DNA of 64,000 bases from a virus (lineage: Duplodnaviria > Heunggongvirae > Uroviricota > Caudoviricetes): the IMG/VR virus record IMGVR_UViG_3300033074_000961. One strand, written 5' to 3'. Position 1 is the stretch's first letter; each line of letters starts with the position of its first letter. A model generated the notes under the pieces. That model worked only from the letters and a program-made list of their open reading frames with translations, ran no database searches and was not told the DNA's origin. Position numbers and translations under genes: made by a program. This document shows, piece by piece, positions 27,439-36,980 of this stretch.

Positions 27439-27891
27439 TCAGTCGTAGTTACAGATGGTTAGCTCTATTGGACAATCACCGAAAAGATCACCGATTATTG
27501 CCCTAACTATGTCCCAAGACCCACCGCCAAGGCGACAACCCATGTTCTTGGGCAGTCCGAGACGTTGGACGTTTGCTTGTAGGGCGTGCTCTCTGACTAA
27601 TTCGAGACCCGTATAGAGTGCTTCATAGTTAGTATTGCGCTTCCATCCCCCAAAGTTGAACTGACCATAGACATTGTAGATATATTTATCATCATGTGCC
27701 TTTACCACAGACATCTTACCAAGGCGAGATACATCACCTTTTCGTCCATGTTGAAGGTCTGCCTTATACGCTTCGGGATACTTGGCACGAATGGCAGCGG
27801 CAATGCCAGCTCCCATTGTGTGAAAGCAGTTGCATTGGTGCCCGAACCCGTCAAGCGGGTGTTCTAATAAGTTGGCATCTACTTCAATAAT
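27439..27891 (-). CDS. macrodomain protein (ADP-ribose binding/processing)
   Basis: DGFGHQCNCFHTMGAGIAAAIRAKYPEAY matches the macrodomain nucleotide-binding loop. Internal start MIIEV chosen. Confidence 0.6.
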   Translation of the reverse strand: MIEVDANLLEHPLDGFGHQCNCFHTMGAGIAAAIRAKYPEAYKADLQHGRKGDVSRLGKMSVVKAHDDKYIYNVYGQFNFGGWKRNTNYEALYTGLELVREHALQANVQRLGLPKNMGCRLGGGSWDIVRAIIGDLFGDCPIELTICNYD

Positions 27892-28094
27892 CATTGCTTT
27901 ACGAGTGATTTGTACGTGCCAGCGGGACATCCGCCACAATCCACCTTGCCACAACCGAGGCAACGTTCTTCATTGACAACCTTATACTTTTTTCCATTGG
28001 GGTTGCACTTACCACAGGCATAAGGTATGTCGTCAATGATAATGAAGCGAAAGTTTTCGCAGCACGGGCATTCAGATTTCTTCTTAGTCGCCAT
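27891..28094 (-). CDS. Cys-rich small protein
   Basis: CPCCEN...CGKC...CLGCGKVDCGGC. Confidence 0.35.
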   Translation of the reverse strand: MATKKKSECPCCENFRFIIIDDIPYACGKCNPNGKKYKVVNEERCLGCGKVDCGGCPAGTYKSLVKQ

Positions 28095-28416
28095 CTGGTT
28101 TCTTGCTCACTTCTATGGGAGGGACTTCAAATCCTTCGCACCGACCTTCGGTGTTTATCTTACATCGGCTGGGAACCATACACTTCTCACCATGATTGTA
28201 TCTACATCCTGTCGCTTTACAATCAATATCTTCCCAATCCCGAGAGACGGGAAACCCATAGGGGCGACGTTCCCTTGGCATCAGACCAAGAACTTGTGGT
28301 CCATCCAGAAAAGCACGTTGCTTGTCCAAGTCTTCCATTAACCTTTCCGAAACTGTCTTACCACAGATGCAGCATCCACCACCATCACTATCATATTCAC
28401 AGGTATGGTCACTCAT
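28084..28416 (-). CDS. Cys-rich hypothetical protein
   Basis: CCICGKT, CRYNHGEKC. Start trimmed to MSDHT to avoid overlap with mazG. Confidence 0.35.
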   Translation of the reverse strand: MSDHTCEYDSDGGGCCICGKTVSERLMEDLDKQRAFLDGPQVLGLMPRERRPYGFPVSRDWEDIDCKATGCRYNHGEKCMVPSRCKINTEGRCEGFEVPPIEVSKKPDGD

Positions 28417-28417
28417 A

Positions 28418-28741
28418 TCACAGATGATATTTACTGCCCCAACGCTTCGAGACAATGTTGAACTTTTCAATGAGTGCCGCTTCCATATCAATATCCAGTT
28501 GGTCTGATAGGAGACTGAGGTACGTCAGAATGTCAGCAATTTCATGTGCCATCTTCTTCTTTGGAATCTTGTCACCCCGAGAGAGCTTCTTGAGATAGTT
28601 GCACAATTCGCCCACTTCACCCGCCAGCGCACCACCCCATGACAGAGGTATCCAAGTGTGCGAGTGCTTAATGTCGGCACGGGCACGGGCAGTGTTTATC
28701 TTGTGAAACTTGCAGAACGTCAATGCTTTCTTCTTTTTCAT
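28418..28741 (-). CDS. MazG-like nucleotide pyrophosphohydrolase
   Basis: EVGELCNYLKK...EIADILTYLSLLSDQLDIDMEAALIEKFNIVSKRW. Confidence 0.65.
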   Translation of the reverse strand: MKKKKALTFCKFHKINTARARADIKHSHTWIPLSWGGALAGEVGELCNYLKKLSRGDKIPKKKMAHEIADILTYLSLLSDQLDIDMEAALIEKFNIVSKRWGSKYHL

Positions 28742-29172
28742 ACTTTATCCCATTTGAATGCTGTTCGGGGCACCTTGAAGAATAGTTCACCACTCTTCAC
28801 GAACTTGTTTGGACTTTCCTTCAACGTATCTTCGGTTAGATGCTTCCGCAGCTCTTTACCGCTTATCATCCCGATACGAGTGAAGTCTCGGGAGAGAATA
28901 ACATAGCAAACGCTATTCTCCACGAAGAACTTTGCCTTCCTTTCGGGGACATTCACTTCCGCAAACGGAAACTCGTCAGAGTCCCAAACCAATCGGTGCT
29001 CCACTTCTACCTTGAGTGTACCATCTTCGGAGATTAAGTCAACCCCAAACTTGTTGGGGTTGTCGTCCAATGGCATCTTATTTTTGGCAAAGTACTCTTT
29101 GACCACCTTCCGTGACTTCGGATCATTCCGTTGATGAAGGGACTTGCTGAACTGTTTGTATTCACCCTTCAT
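28738..29172 (-). CDS. hypothetical protein
   Basis: 144-aa ORF. Confidence 0.4.
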   Translation of the reverse strand: MKGEYKQFSKSLHQRNDPKSRKVVKEYFAKNKMPLDDNPNKFGVDLISEDGTLKVEVEHRLVWDSDEFPFAEVNVPERKAKFFVENSVCYVILSRDFTRIGMISGKELRKHLTEDTLKESPNKFVKSGELFFKVPRTAFKWDKV

Positions 29173-30332
29173 TTCTTTAACGATTTATGATATGCTAACA
29201 AACCCAAAACCTTTTGAACGATCTTGGACATGCCTTCAGGAGTGCCATCAAACACTTCGTAGCACTCACCAGCATCATCCAAAGTATCCAGAATCATATT
29301 GTCTAGTGCTTTAGCTTCATCAAATCCGTGAATACGACCTTTGGGGTTGAATTTCTTCACCCTTTTAATAAAAGCATTGTAGGTCCACATTTTGCGATGT
29401 TCTTCATAGACCAGTTGCTTCAATGTTTCTCGCTTCTCTCCATCATAGACCACCGAGAGCAATAGCGGACTGTCAGTAATGACAACTTCCACTTGCCCCA
29501 AGAGACGGAAGATACGATGATGCTGCTTGCCGAAGATGTACACTTGGTTCTGGAAGGTGCGATGACGTTCTTCCCAAGTAAGGTCTTTGGCGTACTCAGC
29601 AGCGAGTTCGCAGTTAATACCACGACTCTTTAGTTCAAAGAATAGACCAGCTGCCGTGGTGCTCTTACCTGCTCCCGGTCCTGCGAACAAATTGACCACG
29701 AGAGTTTGTTTACGTGCTTCTTTTTCAAATGTCTCAACGACAGAGCGCACTTCCAAATCATCTTTGCGGCGTTGTTCCTCAATGGTTTCTTCAATTAACT
29801 CATTGAGTTCGGCGGCGTCCTGTTGGTCAAACAAGTCTTCAATCATGGCATCCAACCCACCATTGTCACCCCTCTTCTCTTCCTTATCCAATTTCTCAAG
29901 ATAAGCACGCTCGCTTTCTTCTTCACGTAAGCGACGTTCTCGGTCATCCAAAGCATTGGCCACGTTGCGCTTTGCACAAGCACATGAATGCTTGAATTCA
30001 AAATCATCCGAATGTTGTTTTACAAGGTCTTCCTCAACTTTCGCCGAAAAGAAATCCTCATACAATTCGTTGAGCGTCGGTTCTTTATTCAATCCAAGTC
30101 GTTCTCTTACCGTTTCTTTTGAACGGGGTTGAAATGTTTCTTCATCATTGAAGAAAGCATCAAATGCTTTAGATAGTTCACTTCGTTGTTGCATAGATTT
30201 TGGACAGTCGCAAGTTATTCTGTGTGCTGCATAATGTACCTTCCCACAGTAGGGACATCTCCACATTGGGTCTCCGCACGGCATACAGTTATTTCTTTCT
30301 CTTTTTGGTAGAAGTCTTTTTGTTCTTCTCAT
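29169..30332 (-). CDS. P-loop NTPase/kinase-domain protein with N-terminal zinc ribbon and acidic coiled coil
   Basis: Walker A NLFAGPGAGKSTTA in the C-terminal half. N-terminal CxxC...CPYCG. Confidence 0.5.
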   Translation of the reverse strand: MRRTKRLLPKRERNNCMPCGDPMWRCPYCGKVHYAAHRITCDCPKSMQQRSELSKAFDAFFNDEETFQPRSKETVRERLGLNKEPTLNELYEDFFSAKVEEDLVKQHSDDFEFKHSCACAKRNVANALDDRERRLREEESERAYLEKLDKEEKRGDNGGLDAMIEDLFDQQDAAELNELIEETIEEQRRKDDLEVRSVVETFEKEARKQTLVVNLFAGPGAGKSTTAAGLFFELKSRGINCELAAEYAKDLTWEERHRTFQNQVYIFGKQHHRIFRLLGQVEVVITDSPLLLSVVYDGEKRETLKQLVYEEHRKMWTYNAFIKRVKKFNPKGRIHGFDEAKALDNMILDTLDDAGECYEVFDGTPEGMSKIVQKVLGLLAYHKSLKK

Positions 30333-30897
30333 ATGGAGGAATCAAGTCGGAGGGTGTAAGAGGTTCATCTATTCCCTTCCAAGCACGCTTGGGGTTCTTC
30401 CGACTCTGTTTGACCTTCTCCATAAGTGTAATCATCTTCTTGTCGGTCTTGATGTTTTTCTTGTACTCGTCGGCACAGAAAATACAAAGAGATTGAATCC
30501 ATCCCTTATCGGTGCGACCAACGAATTGGTCAAATTGACCACAGTTTTCGCAAATGTAATGAGATTGGTATTCGGCAAAGGAAATAGCATTTCTGATATA
30601 ATCATCCCCACCTTCGTAATAGATACGGAGTGCGCCAAACTTCTCTTTTATTTGGTGAAAGACAACTTGAGGCACTTCGTCTTGTTCCACGCCAAGTTTT
30701 TTCCACTTCGCCGCTTGGTCAATGTGGTATTGAATAGCGTCACAAAGAGTATTCAGCAAGAAGAACCAACCATCGCCACAGGAGCATCCCCATGCCATAC
30801 AGGTCTTCTTCGGATCGCCATACATATCCCGAAAGAGTTTCGGGTATGTCTTCACTAAATGTTTTTCTAAAAGGGCATTCATATTATTTACGAGCAT
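30289..30897 (-). CDS. Cys-rich hypothetical protein
   Basis: CSCGDGW...CENCGQF...CIFCADEY. Confidence 0.4.
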   Translation of the reverse strand: MLVNNMNALLEKHLVKTYPKLFRDMYGDPKKTCMAWGCSCGDGWFFLLNTLCDAIQYHIDQAAKWKKLGVEQDEVPQVVFHQIKEKFGALRIYYEGGDDYIRNAISFAEYQSHYICENCGQFDQFVGRTDKGWIQSLCIFCADEYKKNIKTDKKMITLMEKVKQSRKNPKRAWKGIDEPLTPSDLIPPYEKNKKTSTKKRKK

Positions 30898-31228
30898 TCA
30901 TGGGATAACACTTCAAACAAGGAATGACTTCAATGCTGTTCGCTTTGAATCCAATATATCCTCGCCCGTAGCATTTCTTACAATTTGCCTTGGGAGCAAA
31001 TGGTACTTTGAGTTGCGTCTCCTTCTTCACGTCTTTGCCCGTCTTCTCGTCCTTTTCATACTTGACGACTGTGATGGTCTGAGGTCCACGCTTTGGAGCG
31101 GGAAGTCCCGTTACATCTTCAACAAGTACATACTCTGACGGAGGGGGTGCTTGTTGTTTTGGTGCTTGGGGAGTATAAACCAGTGGTGCTGGCGTTGCCG
31201 ATGCTTCTTGTTGTTTCACGTCTTCCAT
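30884..31228 (-). CDS. Pro/Ala-rich protein with C-terminal zinc ribbon
   Basis: CKKCYGRGY...CLKCYP. Confidence 0.4.
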   Translation of the reverse strand: MEDVKQQEASATPAPLVYTPQAPKQQAPPPSEYVLVEDVTGLPAPKRGPQTITVVKYEKDEKTGKDVKKETQLKVPFAPKANCKKCYGRGYIGFKANSIEVIPCLKCYPMNARK

Positions 31229-31316
31229 ATGTCTAAGTAGTACGAGGAAATGAAAATCCCTCAGTGTAGTGGTATTCTACACCGAGGGATTGAAACAGTC
31301 AACTTATTATAACCAC

Positions 31317-32492
31317 TTACTTCGTGGCTGGAGTGGGAGTATTGACGATAGGAGCACCCGTCAAAGTATCAAGACCCTTCACGTAGTTGTCCGTGAGAAT
31401 GTTGACCTTCATATCGGCGGGGAGATACCCCTTGATGCCACTAATGCCCGTTCCGAGACTCTTGGCAACTTCTACCTTCACCCAATTTTCAGAACCGGGA
31501 ACGGCATATGCCTTGAGCAAGAGTTCTTGAGAGGCGGCGGTTGCTTTACCCATAGCGATAACACCTTCGGCCTCGGCAATTTTCTGCAACTTTTGACCTT
31601 CACCCTTTAGCTCCGCTTGCTTTTTCTCTGCTTCGGCAGCAATGGTGACTTGTTCGGCAGAAGCCTTAGCGGCGATAACAACCTTCTCGTTTTCTGCTTG
31701 AGCGTTAATGACCATAATCTTGGCATCACGCTCGGCACCCACGACTTGAGTATTCAAATCGGCTTGTGCCTTTGCCTTGGCAACCAATGCTTCGGCAGTA
31801 GCAGCTTTCTCTTCCTCAACAGCACGTAGTTGCTTTTGCGTAGCAATCTGCTTTGCCTTGATTTCTTCAATGTACTTCGGGTCAAGTTCAATATGCTCAA
31901 TCACGAAGTTTTCTACAATGACACCACGCTCGGCGAGTTCATCGGTTTCTCTCTGGTCTTTGCCTGAGAGAGCGTCTTGAATTTCAGCTTGTAATTTGAC
32001 AAGACCATCACCAGAATAAGCATCAATAGCTTTCATCTTGGTTGCCTTGTCCTTGACGACACGCATGACCACAGGACGGATAATCTTGTCTTCCACGTCC
32101 TGACGAACGGTTTTGTGAATCATGACCAACTTGACGGGATCGAGACGCCAACGAAGATTCAAGGAGATTTTCATATCCTGTCCTTCTTGAGACTGGACGA
32201 GATAAGCATCACGATCACGCCCGACACCTTTTTCACCACCACCTTCGGTCTTGTCATTCATTACAAACACCTGCGAAGCAGCGTCGTACTTATAGACAGT
32301 TTGAGACCAACCCGGGAAGAGGAAATATGTCTTGGGTTGCATGACGGTTTCTTCAACACCACTCGCCCATGTTTCCTTAATGCCGAGTTGATTACCCTCA
32401 ATAGTAACCACCTTGAAGGTCAGGAGGGTAACGACCAAGGCGATGAGCAACACGATGCCGCTCACGATTAACTTGACTGGACTCTTATTCAT
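31317..32492 (-). CDS. SPFH/band-7 (HflK/C-, stomatin-like) membrane protein
   Basis: N-terminal TM LIVSGIVLLIALVVTLL, band-7 core, long Ala/Glu/Lys coiled-coil. The ORF may extend to 32669. Confidence 0.55.
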   Translation of the reverse strand: MNKSPVKLIVSGIVLLIALVVTLLTFKVVTIEGNQLGIKETWASGVEETVMQPKTYFLFPGWSQTVYKYDAASQVFVMNDKTEGGGEKGVGRDRDAYLVQSQEGQDMKISLNLRWRLDPVKLVMIHKTVRQDVEDKIIRPVVMRVVKDKATKMKAIDAYSGDGLVKLQAEIQDALSGKDQRETDELAERGVIVENFVIEHIELDPKYIEEIKAKQIATQKQLRAVEEEKAATAEALVAKAKAQADLNTQVVGAERDAKIMVINAQAENEKVVIAAKASAEQVTIAAEAEKKQAELKGEGQKLQKIAEAEGVIAMGKATAASQELLLKAYAVPGSENWVKVEVAKSLGTGISGIKGYLPADMKVNILTDNYVKGLDTLTGAPIVNTPTPATK

Positions 32493-32562
32493 ACTTGTTT
32501 GTGTGTTTGTTTGCTTACTGTTGATTTGTTTACCGAAATCTTCTGTTGGATATAGCTCAGTG

Positions 32563-32802
32563 CTATTCCGACTTCGGGGTTTTCTTGGACTTGGCATTTG
32601 TTTGCGTTGTTTTGGTTGGTTGTTCTGTTGATGGTTTGCTGCGAATAAATGATACCGTCCAATAAGCAAACCAACAAACGCCTATAGCTGATACCATATA
32701 CCACACGTTTCGGAGAGGGCGAATGCCTTCACCAACGGCGATGAAGAGCAATAACCAGATGACTCCCAAAATACAAAGGATTGCGAATTTTTTGTCTTTC
32801 AT
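32563..32802 (-). CDS. small membrane protein
   Basis: Two hydrophobic helices. Internal start MKDKK. Confidence 0.35.
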   Translation of the reverse strand: MKDKKFAILCILGVIWLLLFIAVGEGIRPLRNVWYMVSAIGVCWFAYWTVSFIRSKPSTEQPTKTTQTNAKSKKTPKSE

Positions 32803-32809
32803 AACTTGA

Positions 32810-33502
32810 TTATTGTTGACCGGGACTTGATGGGATATGGTGTCTGTCAACCGCCACAAACTGCTTCTTATTCATGATAGCAGTAATCTCGGCGAGAGAC
32901 AGAGGCTTCTTGTGTCCATCCCAACCACAGTCAAGAATCTTGCCGTGAGTGTTTGCATCGGCAGTGGACGGAGGATACCCATAATGAGAATGCCCGCAGA
33001 GCATCCAAGCTCCGTGCGACATCTCATTCCACACGCCAATAGGATAATGACACAAAATTGTGTACTGACCATTCAAGACAGCTTCCACGTAATGACCGAG
33101 AAAAGTCATATTCTTATACTTGAATGGATAGACCTCGGGCGGGAAAGGTCCGTGGTTGTTCGCCAAGACTCCCCGAACGAGCGTCTGATATACCTTCTTC
33201 TCGTGGGGGTTGTTGTGGTTGCCCCAGAGAGCAAAGATGTTCTGACACTGGAAAAGGTCCATTTGTGCATCAAATTGTTCCTTGGTAGTATTCAGACACC
33301 AATCCCCGAGGAAGATAAGAATGTCCGAAGGACGAACAATACTGTTCGTCACGTCAACAATCTGCTTAGTCATATCCTGTGCCGATTCATATCCCCGCAT
33401 CTTCCAAATGGGGACTGGCCAAGACTTCGGGTCGTGATTCAGATGAAAATCCGAACTCACGTAAATCTTTTGACTATCCGTTTCTCTTAGATTCATTAAC
33501 AT
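32810..33502 (-). CDS. calcineurin-like metallophosphoesterase
   Basis: DFHLNHD, GDW, GNHN, GHSH motifs. Confidence 0.6.
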   Translation of the reverse strand: MLMNLRETDSQKIYVSSDFHLNHDPKSWPVPIWKMRGYESAQDMTKQIVDVTNSIVRPSDILIFLGDWCLNTTKEQFDAQMDLFQCQNIFALWGNHNNPHEKKVYQTLVRGVLANNHGPFPPEVYPFKYKNMTFLGHYVEAVLNGQYTILCHYPIGVWNEMSHGAWMLCGHSHYGYPPSTADANTHGKILDCGWDGHKKPLSLAEITAIMNKKQFVAVDRHHIPSSPGQQ

Positions 33503-33503
33503 A

Positions 33504-34136
33504 CTAGCGTTTTCCTAATGCGATAAACTGCTTGAAGACGGCAGCAGTTGTCTTTGTGTCCACACTTGCATCGTGCAAGTCGCCGTCAATCGGGATATTG
33601 AAATACTTTGCCAGTGCTCCTACGCTTCCATCCGTGTCCATCGGCATCTTACCACAAGCACGAAGGAATTGGAGCACAACACTGGTATCCAGATAGTGAT
33701 AGGTACAGAACTGTTCCCATGACCCCGTTGAAATGAGGTACTTCAGAACGAATTCAATGTCACCCTTCACACCATGCCCAACGGGGGTTACACGATGAAC
33801 CTTGCCGTGAGTCTGGAGGAAATTAAACAACAAAGGCTTTGCCTGCTTGTAGGGGATGGCAATCTTGTCGTGCTCGGCAAGATTGATTTTGTTTACAGAC
33901 ATGCCTTGCCCACTCACGATGTAATCTCCATCGTCAGGCTTCACTGCCAGCGACAATTCCCCAAGGGGATTCATGTCGGCGTCAGTAACGAGGAAATAGG
34001 CAGTGAGAAGGGAATACTTCAAGTCCCTTCCACCCATTTCACAGTCAAGATGGAGGTATTTCATCATGTTGCCGCACATTATACGACAAGCACGCCAGAA
34101 GTCAAGCCCTTTTGATAAAGCGGTCAATTTTCGCAC
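33504..34136 (-). CDS. DEDDh 3'-5' exonuclease (DnaQ/RNase T/oligoribonuclease-like)
   Basis: Exo I YLHLDCEMGG; Exo III HDASVDT. The true start may be an internal Met. Confidence 0.55.
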   Translation of the reverse strand: MRKLTALSKGLDFWRACRIMCGNMMKYLHLDCEMGGRDLKYSLLTAYFLVTDADMNPLGELSLAVKPDDGDYIVSGQGMSVNKINLAEHDKIAIPYKQAKPLLFNFLQTHGKVHRVTPVGHGVKGDIEFVLKYLISTGSWEQFCTYHYLDTSVVLQFLRACGKMPMDTDGSVGALAKYFNIPIDGDLHDASVDTKTTAAVFKQFIALGKR

Positions 34137-34581
34137 GTTTCCACCATCTCAAGACTCTCCCCGAAGCAGGAGCATGACCACTTGAAGCTGCCTCTTCCAC
34201 AACATGATCCACCTTCAATCCCTTTTCTACTTCACCGAGGCGCAACCGCCCTACCAGTATAAAGTCGGTGGGTTTGTGTAACCATCCCTCTTCTGTGACA
34301 TTGGAATCAAACACTTTCTTGGGAGGGTCTGCTATGACTTTATCTTTGGTCCGATAGATTCGTAAACGAGCATCAAGATTGTATGGGATAGCGGTAATAC
34401 ATTGCTCTATTGAGGGAGAGACACAAATTCTATTACCATCTGGTTCATCACCGCCACGATTGAATCCATCTTCACGGGGTACAAGATGCACCCACTTATA
34501 GTTCAGGGTAGTGGATACGTGATACCAATACCGAGGGTAGGTATAAATAGATCTCTTACGAGACCGTCTCCTTGCTGCCAT
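34102..34581 (-). CDS. hypothetical basic protein
   Basis: 159-aa ORF. Confidence 0.35.
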   Translation of the reverse strand: MAARRRSRKRSIYTYPRYWYHVSTTLNYKWVHLVPREDGFNRGGDEPDGNRICVSPSIEQCITAIPYNLDARLRIYRTKDKVIADPPKKVFDSNVTEEGWLHKPTDFILVGRLRLGEVEKGLKVDHVVEEAASSGHAPASGRVLRWWKRAKIDRFIKRA

Positions 34582-34592
34582 ACTACGTTTTC

Positions 34593-35051
34593 TTAGGGGT
34601 GAAGCGGTAAGTCGCCCACCAGCATTTCTCTATCGGGACTATCATCAGCGATGAATAAGTACCCGCAAGTGAGTTCGTTTCTGAACAGAACCCACCGACC
34701 ATCTTCGTTTATGATTGCATCTGCCGTAAACGTGCGGCGGTCAATTAACTGAGCAATTTCTTCGTGGAGGGAATAACCATACTCAGGATCATATACTAAT
34801 CCCGCAGGCCATCCCTTCTTCAATGCTGCCTTGATAACTTCTGCCAGTTGAATTTTGTTGGCAGACAGACAAATCGTTGTACCAAATCCCTTGGCATCAT
34901 GTTGCCATTCTTTCACCCGAGGATGCTTGGGATACTCGAAAGTGAACTGGTTCGCCGCATGTGCGGCGTGTGCCATACCCTTACCGGGATTCAGCGAGGG
35001 CAAGTCATTACGCATCAAAATGTATAGGCGATGATTGGAACGTTTCTTCAT
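34593..35051 (-). CDS. peptidyl-tRNA hydrolase PTH2-family protein
   Basis: LYILMRNDLPSLNPGKGMAHAAHAA parallels the PTH2 VVRxDLxMxxGKxAAQxxHAA motif. Confidence 0.5.
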   Translation of the reverse strand: MKKRSNHRLYILMRNDLPSLNPGKGMAHAAHAANQFTFEYPKHPRVKEWQHDAKGFGTTICLSANKIQLAEVIKAALKKGWPAGLVYDPEYGYSLHEEIAQLIDRRTFTADAIINEDGRWVLFRNELTCGYLFIADDSPDREMLVGDLPLHP

Positions 35052-35230
35052 TCTGAGTCCTCTTCCTCAATCACCTTTTTCTTTCGGGGTGAGTGATTAT
35101 GGTAATGCTTGTGGATATTGATAATCCCTTTCCAAGGCCAATCACCAATCCAAAAGCTTGCAAAGGCGATGATACCTACAATGGATACTACTGCCGAGGG
35201 CCATGAGACTATTTCAGCTAACATAATCAT
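35048..35230 (-). CDS. small membrane protein
   Basis: Single TM helix. Confidence 0.3.
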   Translation of the reverse strand: MIMLAEIVSWPSAVVSIVGIIAFASFWIGDWPWKGIINIHKHYHNHSPRKKKVIEEEDSE

Positions 35231-36366
35231 TTCTTTCCTTGGAAGCAGTTGTCGGGGTCAATGTTGGCGTAGTTCGGAGTCCCAAGACCCGTCAAACCAT
35301 TGTAGCAGAAAGTTACTTCCTGACCAACCCATTTGTCAGTGTTCTTCAAAATCTCACGACGAGTCTCTTGCGAACCCTTAAATGTTGCATTGAATGTCTT
35401 ACCCTTCCACTTGATTTCGGCAGTGGCAGCGAGTCCGCTTGCATTCCCCGTACCTTCAAAGATGGTGAGAATGATACCTTCACTGTCATCAGTGGGCTTC
35501 ACCTTGAGAAGGTTGTATGAACGTTTGTGCTCGTAAGGAGCATTGCAGTTGCGAATGATAGAACCTTCATATCCATCCTTCACGTCTTCATCATAGATGG
35601 CGTACACATCATCCAATGTAGTCGCAAGACGATACGGCACCCACACTACGTACGGAACCTTATGCAACAGTTCTTTGAGTGCCTTGCGGCGTTCGAGATT
35701 GCCCGTTTGGGCAGTGATGCCTTCAAACCCATAACCATCGTACACATAAAGGCGCACGATTTGCTCTGAGCGGCGAAGCAACTCAGGAGTAATCTTGGAC
35801 TGCTTGGTGGTCCGCAGAATGGACATGAGTTCATTCAACTTAAACCGAAGGTCGTGGTTATATCCCTCACCATCCAAAAGGAGATTGGGATACTTATCAA
35901 ATAGGGGTTCAATTGCTTCCCAAATGTGGGGAATGGATGCATATTGCTCGCCCTTACGGGTAAAGAGTCCCCGTGCTTCTCCCACAACACGCCCACCGTT
36001 GTACTTCTTATCAACCATACAAGGTAGTTGAACCTTATCGGCATGGTCACGAAGCTTGTGGGCAAGCATCGGTTCAATGAACCGAGCGGTCTTGTCAATA
36101 TCCTTGATGTCTTCCCAATACCCTTCCCGCTTGATTTTCTTCTTCCACTTGGAATCTGCTTCCAACTGAGCCTGTTGCTCGTCAGTCGTCTCGTTTGCCT
36201 GACCTTTGTTCTTACCAGTACAAACAGACCACTTGGACGTTATCATATTGGGACTTCCCATTTTACCAACGATGGTTCGGTACTTGTTACCCTTAACCTC
36301 AATGCGCCATTCTTGGACAGATCCATCGCTATTGCGAGAGTAAAGTTCTGGATATTGGAGTATCAT
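35227..36366 (-). CDS. ATP-dependent DNA ligase
   Basis: EPMLAHK, motif I KKYNGGR (Asn in place of the usual Asp), motif III LLLDGEGY, motif IV EGSIIRN, motif V LLKVK. Confidence 0.6.
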   Translation of the reverse strand: MILQYPELYSRNSDGSVQEWRIEVKGNKYRTIVGKMGSPNMITSKWSVCTGKNKGQANETTDEQQAQLEADSKWKKKIKREGYWEDIKDIDKTARFIEPMLAHKLRDHADKVQLPCMVDKKYNGGRVVGEARGLFTRKGEQYASIPHIWEAIEPLFDKYPNLLLDGEGYNHDLRFKLNELMSILRTTKQSKITPELLRRSEQIVRLYVYDGYGFEGITAQTGNLERRKALKELLHKVPYVVWVPYRLATTLDDVYAIYDEDVKDGYEGSIIRNCNAPYEHKRSYNLLKVKPTDDSEGIILTIFEGTGNASGLAATAEIKWKGKTFNATFKGSQETRREILKNTDKWVGQEVTFCYNGLTGLGTPNYANIDPDNCFQGKK

Positions 36367-36950
36367 AGATTTCGATGTTTGACCACCATCTTACACGTTC
36401 TCAGGAAATTGTCAAGACTCAAATTCCACTTGATTGTATTGACCTTTTTATCTACCCAATGAACATTGCCCTCAACATAACCCTTATTAGGGTCTATGCG
36501 ATCAAGTGATGCTGTTCCATCAGAATAGTCACTTCTGGTCTTGAAAAATAGGGGGAGTCCTGTCAAAGTGCATTTGCGGTCTTGTTTTATGAAGATGTCC
36601 CATACGTAAGAAGTGGAGATGGAAAATTCTATACCTCTTTTCTTGGCATTCCGTTTGAGAGTTTCCCAATACTTTCCGCTTATATCTTCATATCCTTTCC
36701 AGCAAGAATTTGATTTCCCCCGACGATATTGACCGCATCCGCAGGAAGATATTTTACCCCCCACTAAATGCTTGGCAGCGACACTTTTTTCATTTCCACA
36801 ATCACACTTACATCTCCAGTACACTCGGTTACGAGTAATGTCAATGTCAATTGGAGTAAGTATTCCAAATCTTTGTCCACGAAGATCGTGACAACGCCTA
36901 TTATTGAGTCCTTTTGTAAGATTCATACTAATAAGTATTGTCGCTCGCAA
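36363..36950 (-). mobile_element. free-standing HNH homing endonuclease (paralog of 15730..16308)
   Basis: CKCDCG, ASLDRIDPNKGYVEGNVHWV. VWDIFIKQDRKCTLTGLPL is shared with its paralog. Confidence 0.65.
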
Positions 36951-36980
36951 TAAAAGTCCATTATTTTGGAAAGAAAATCA

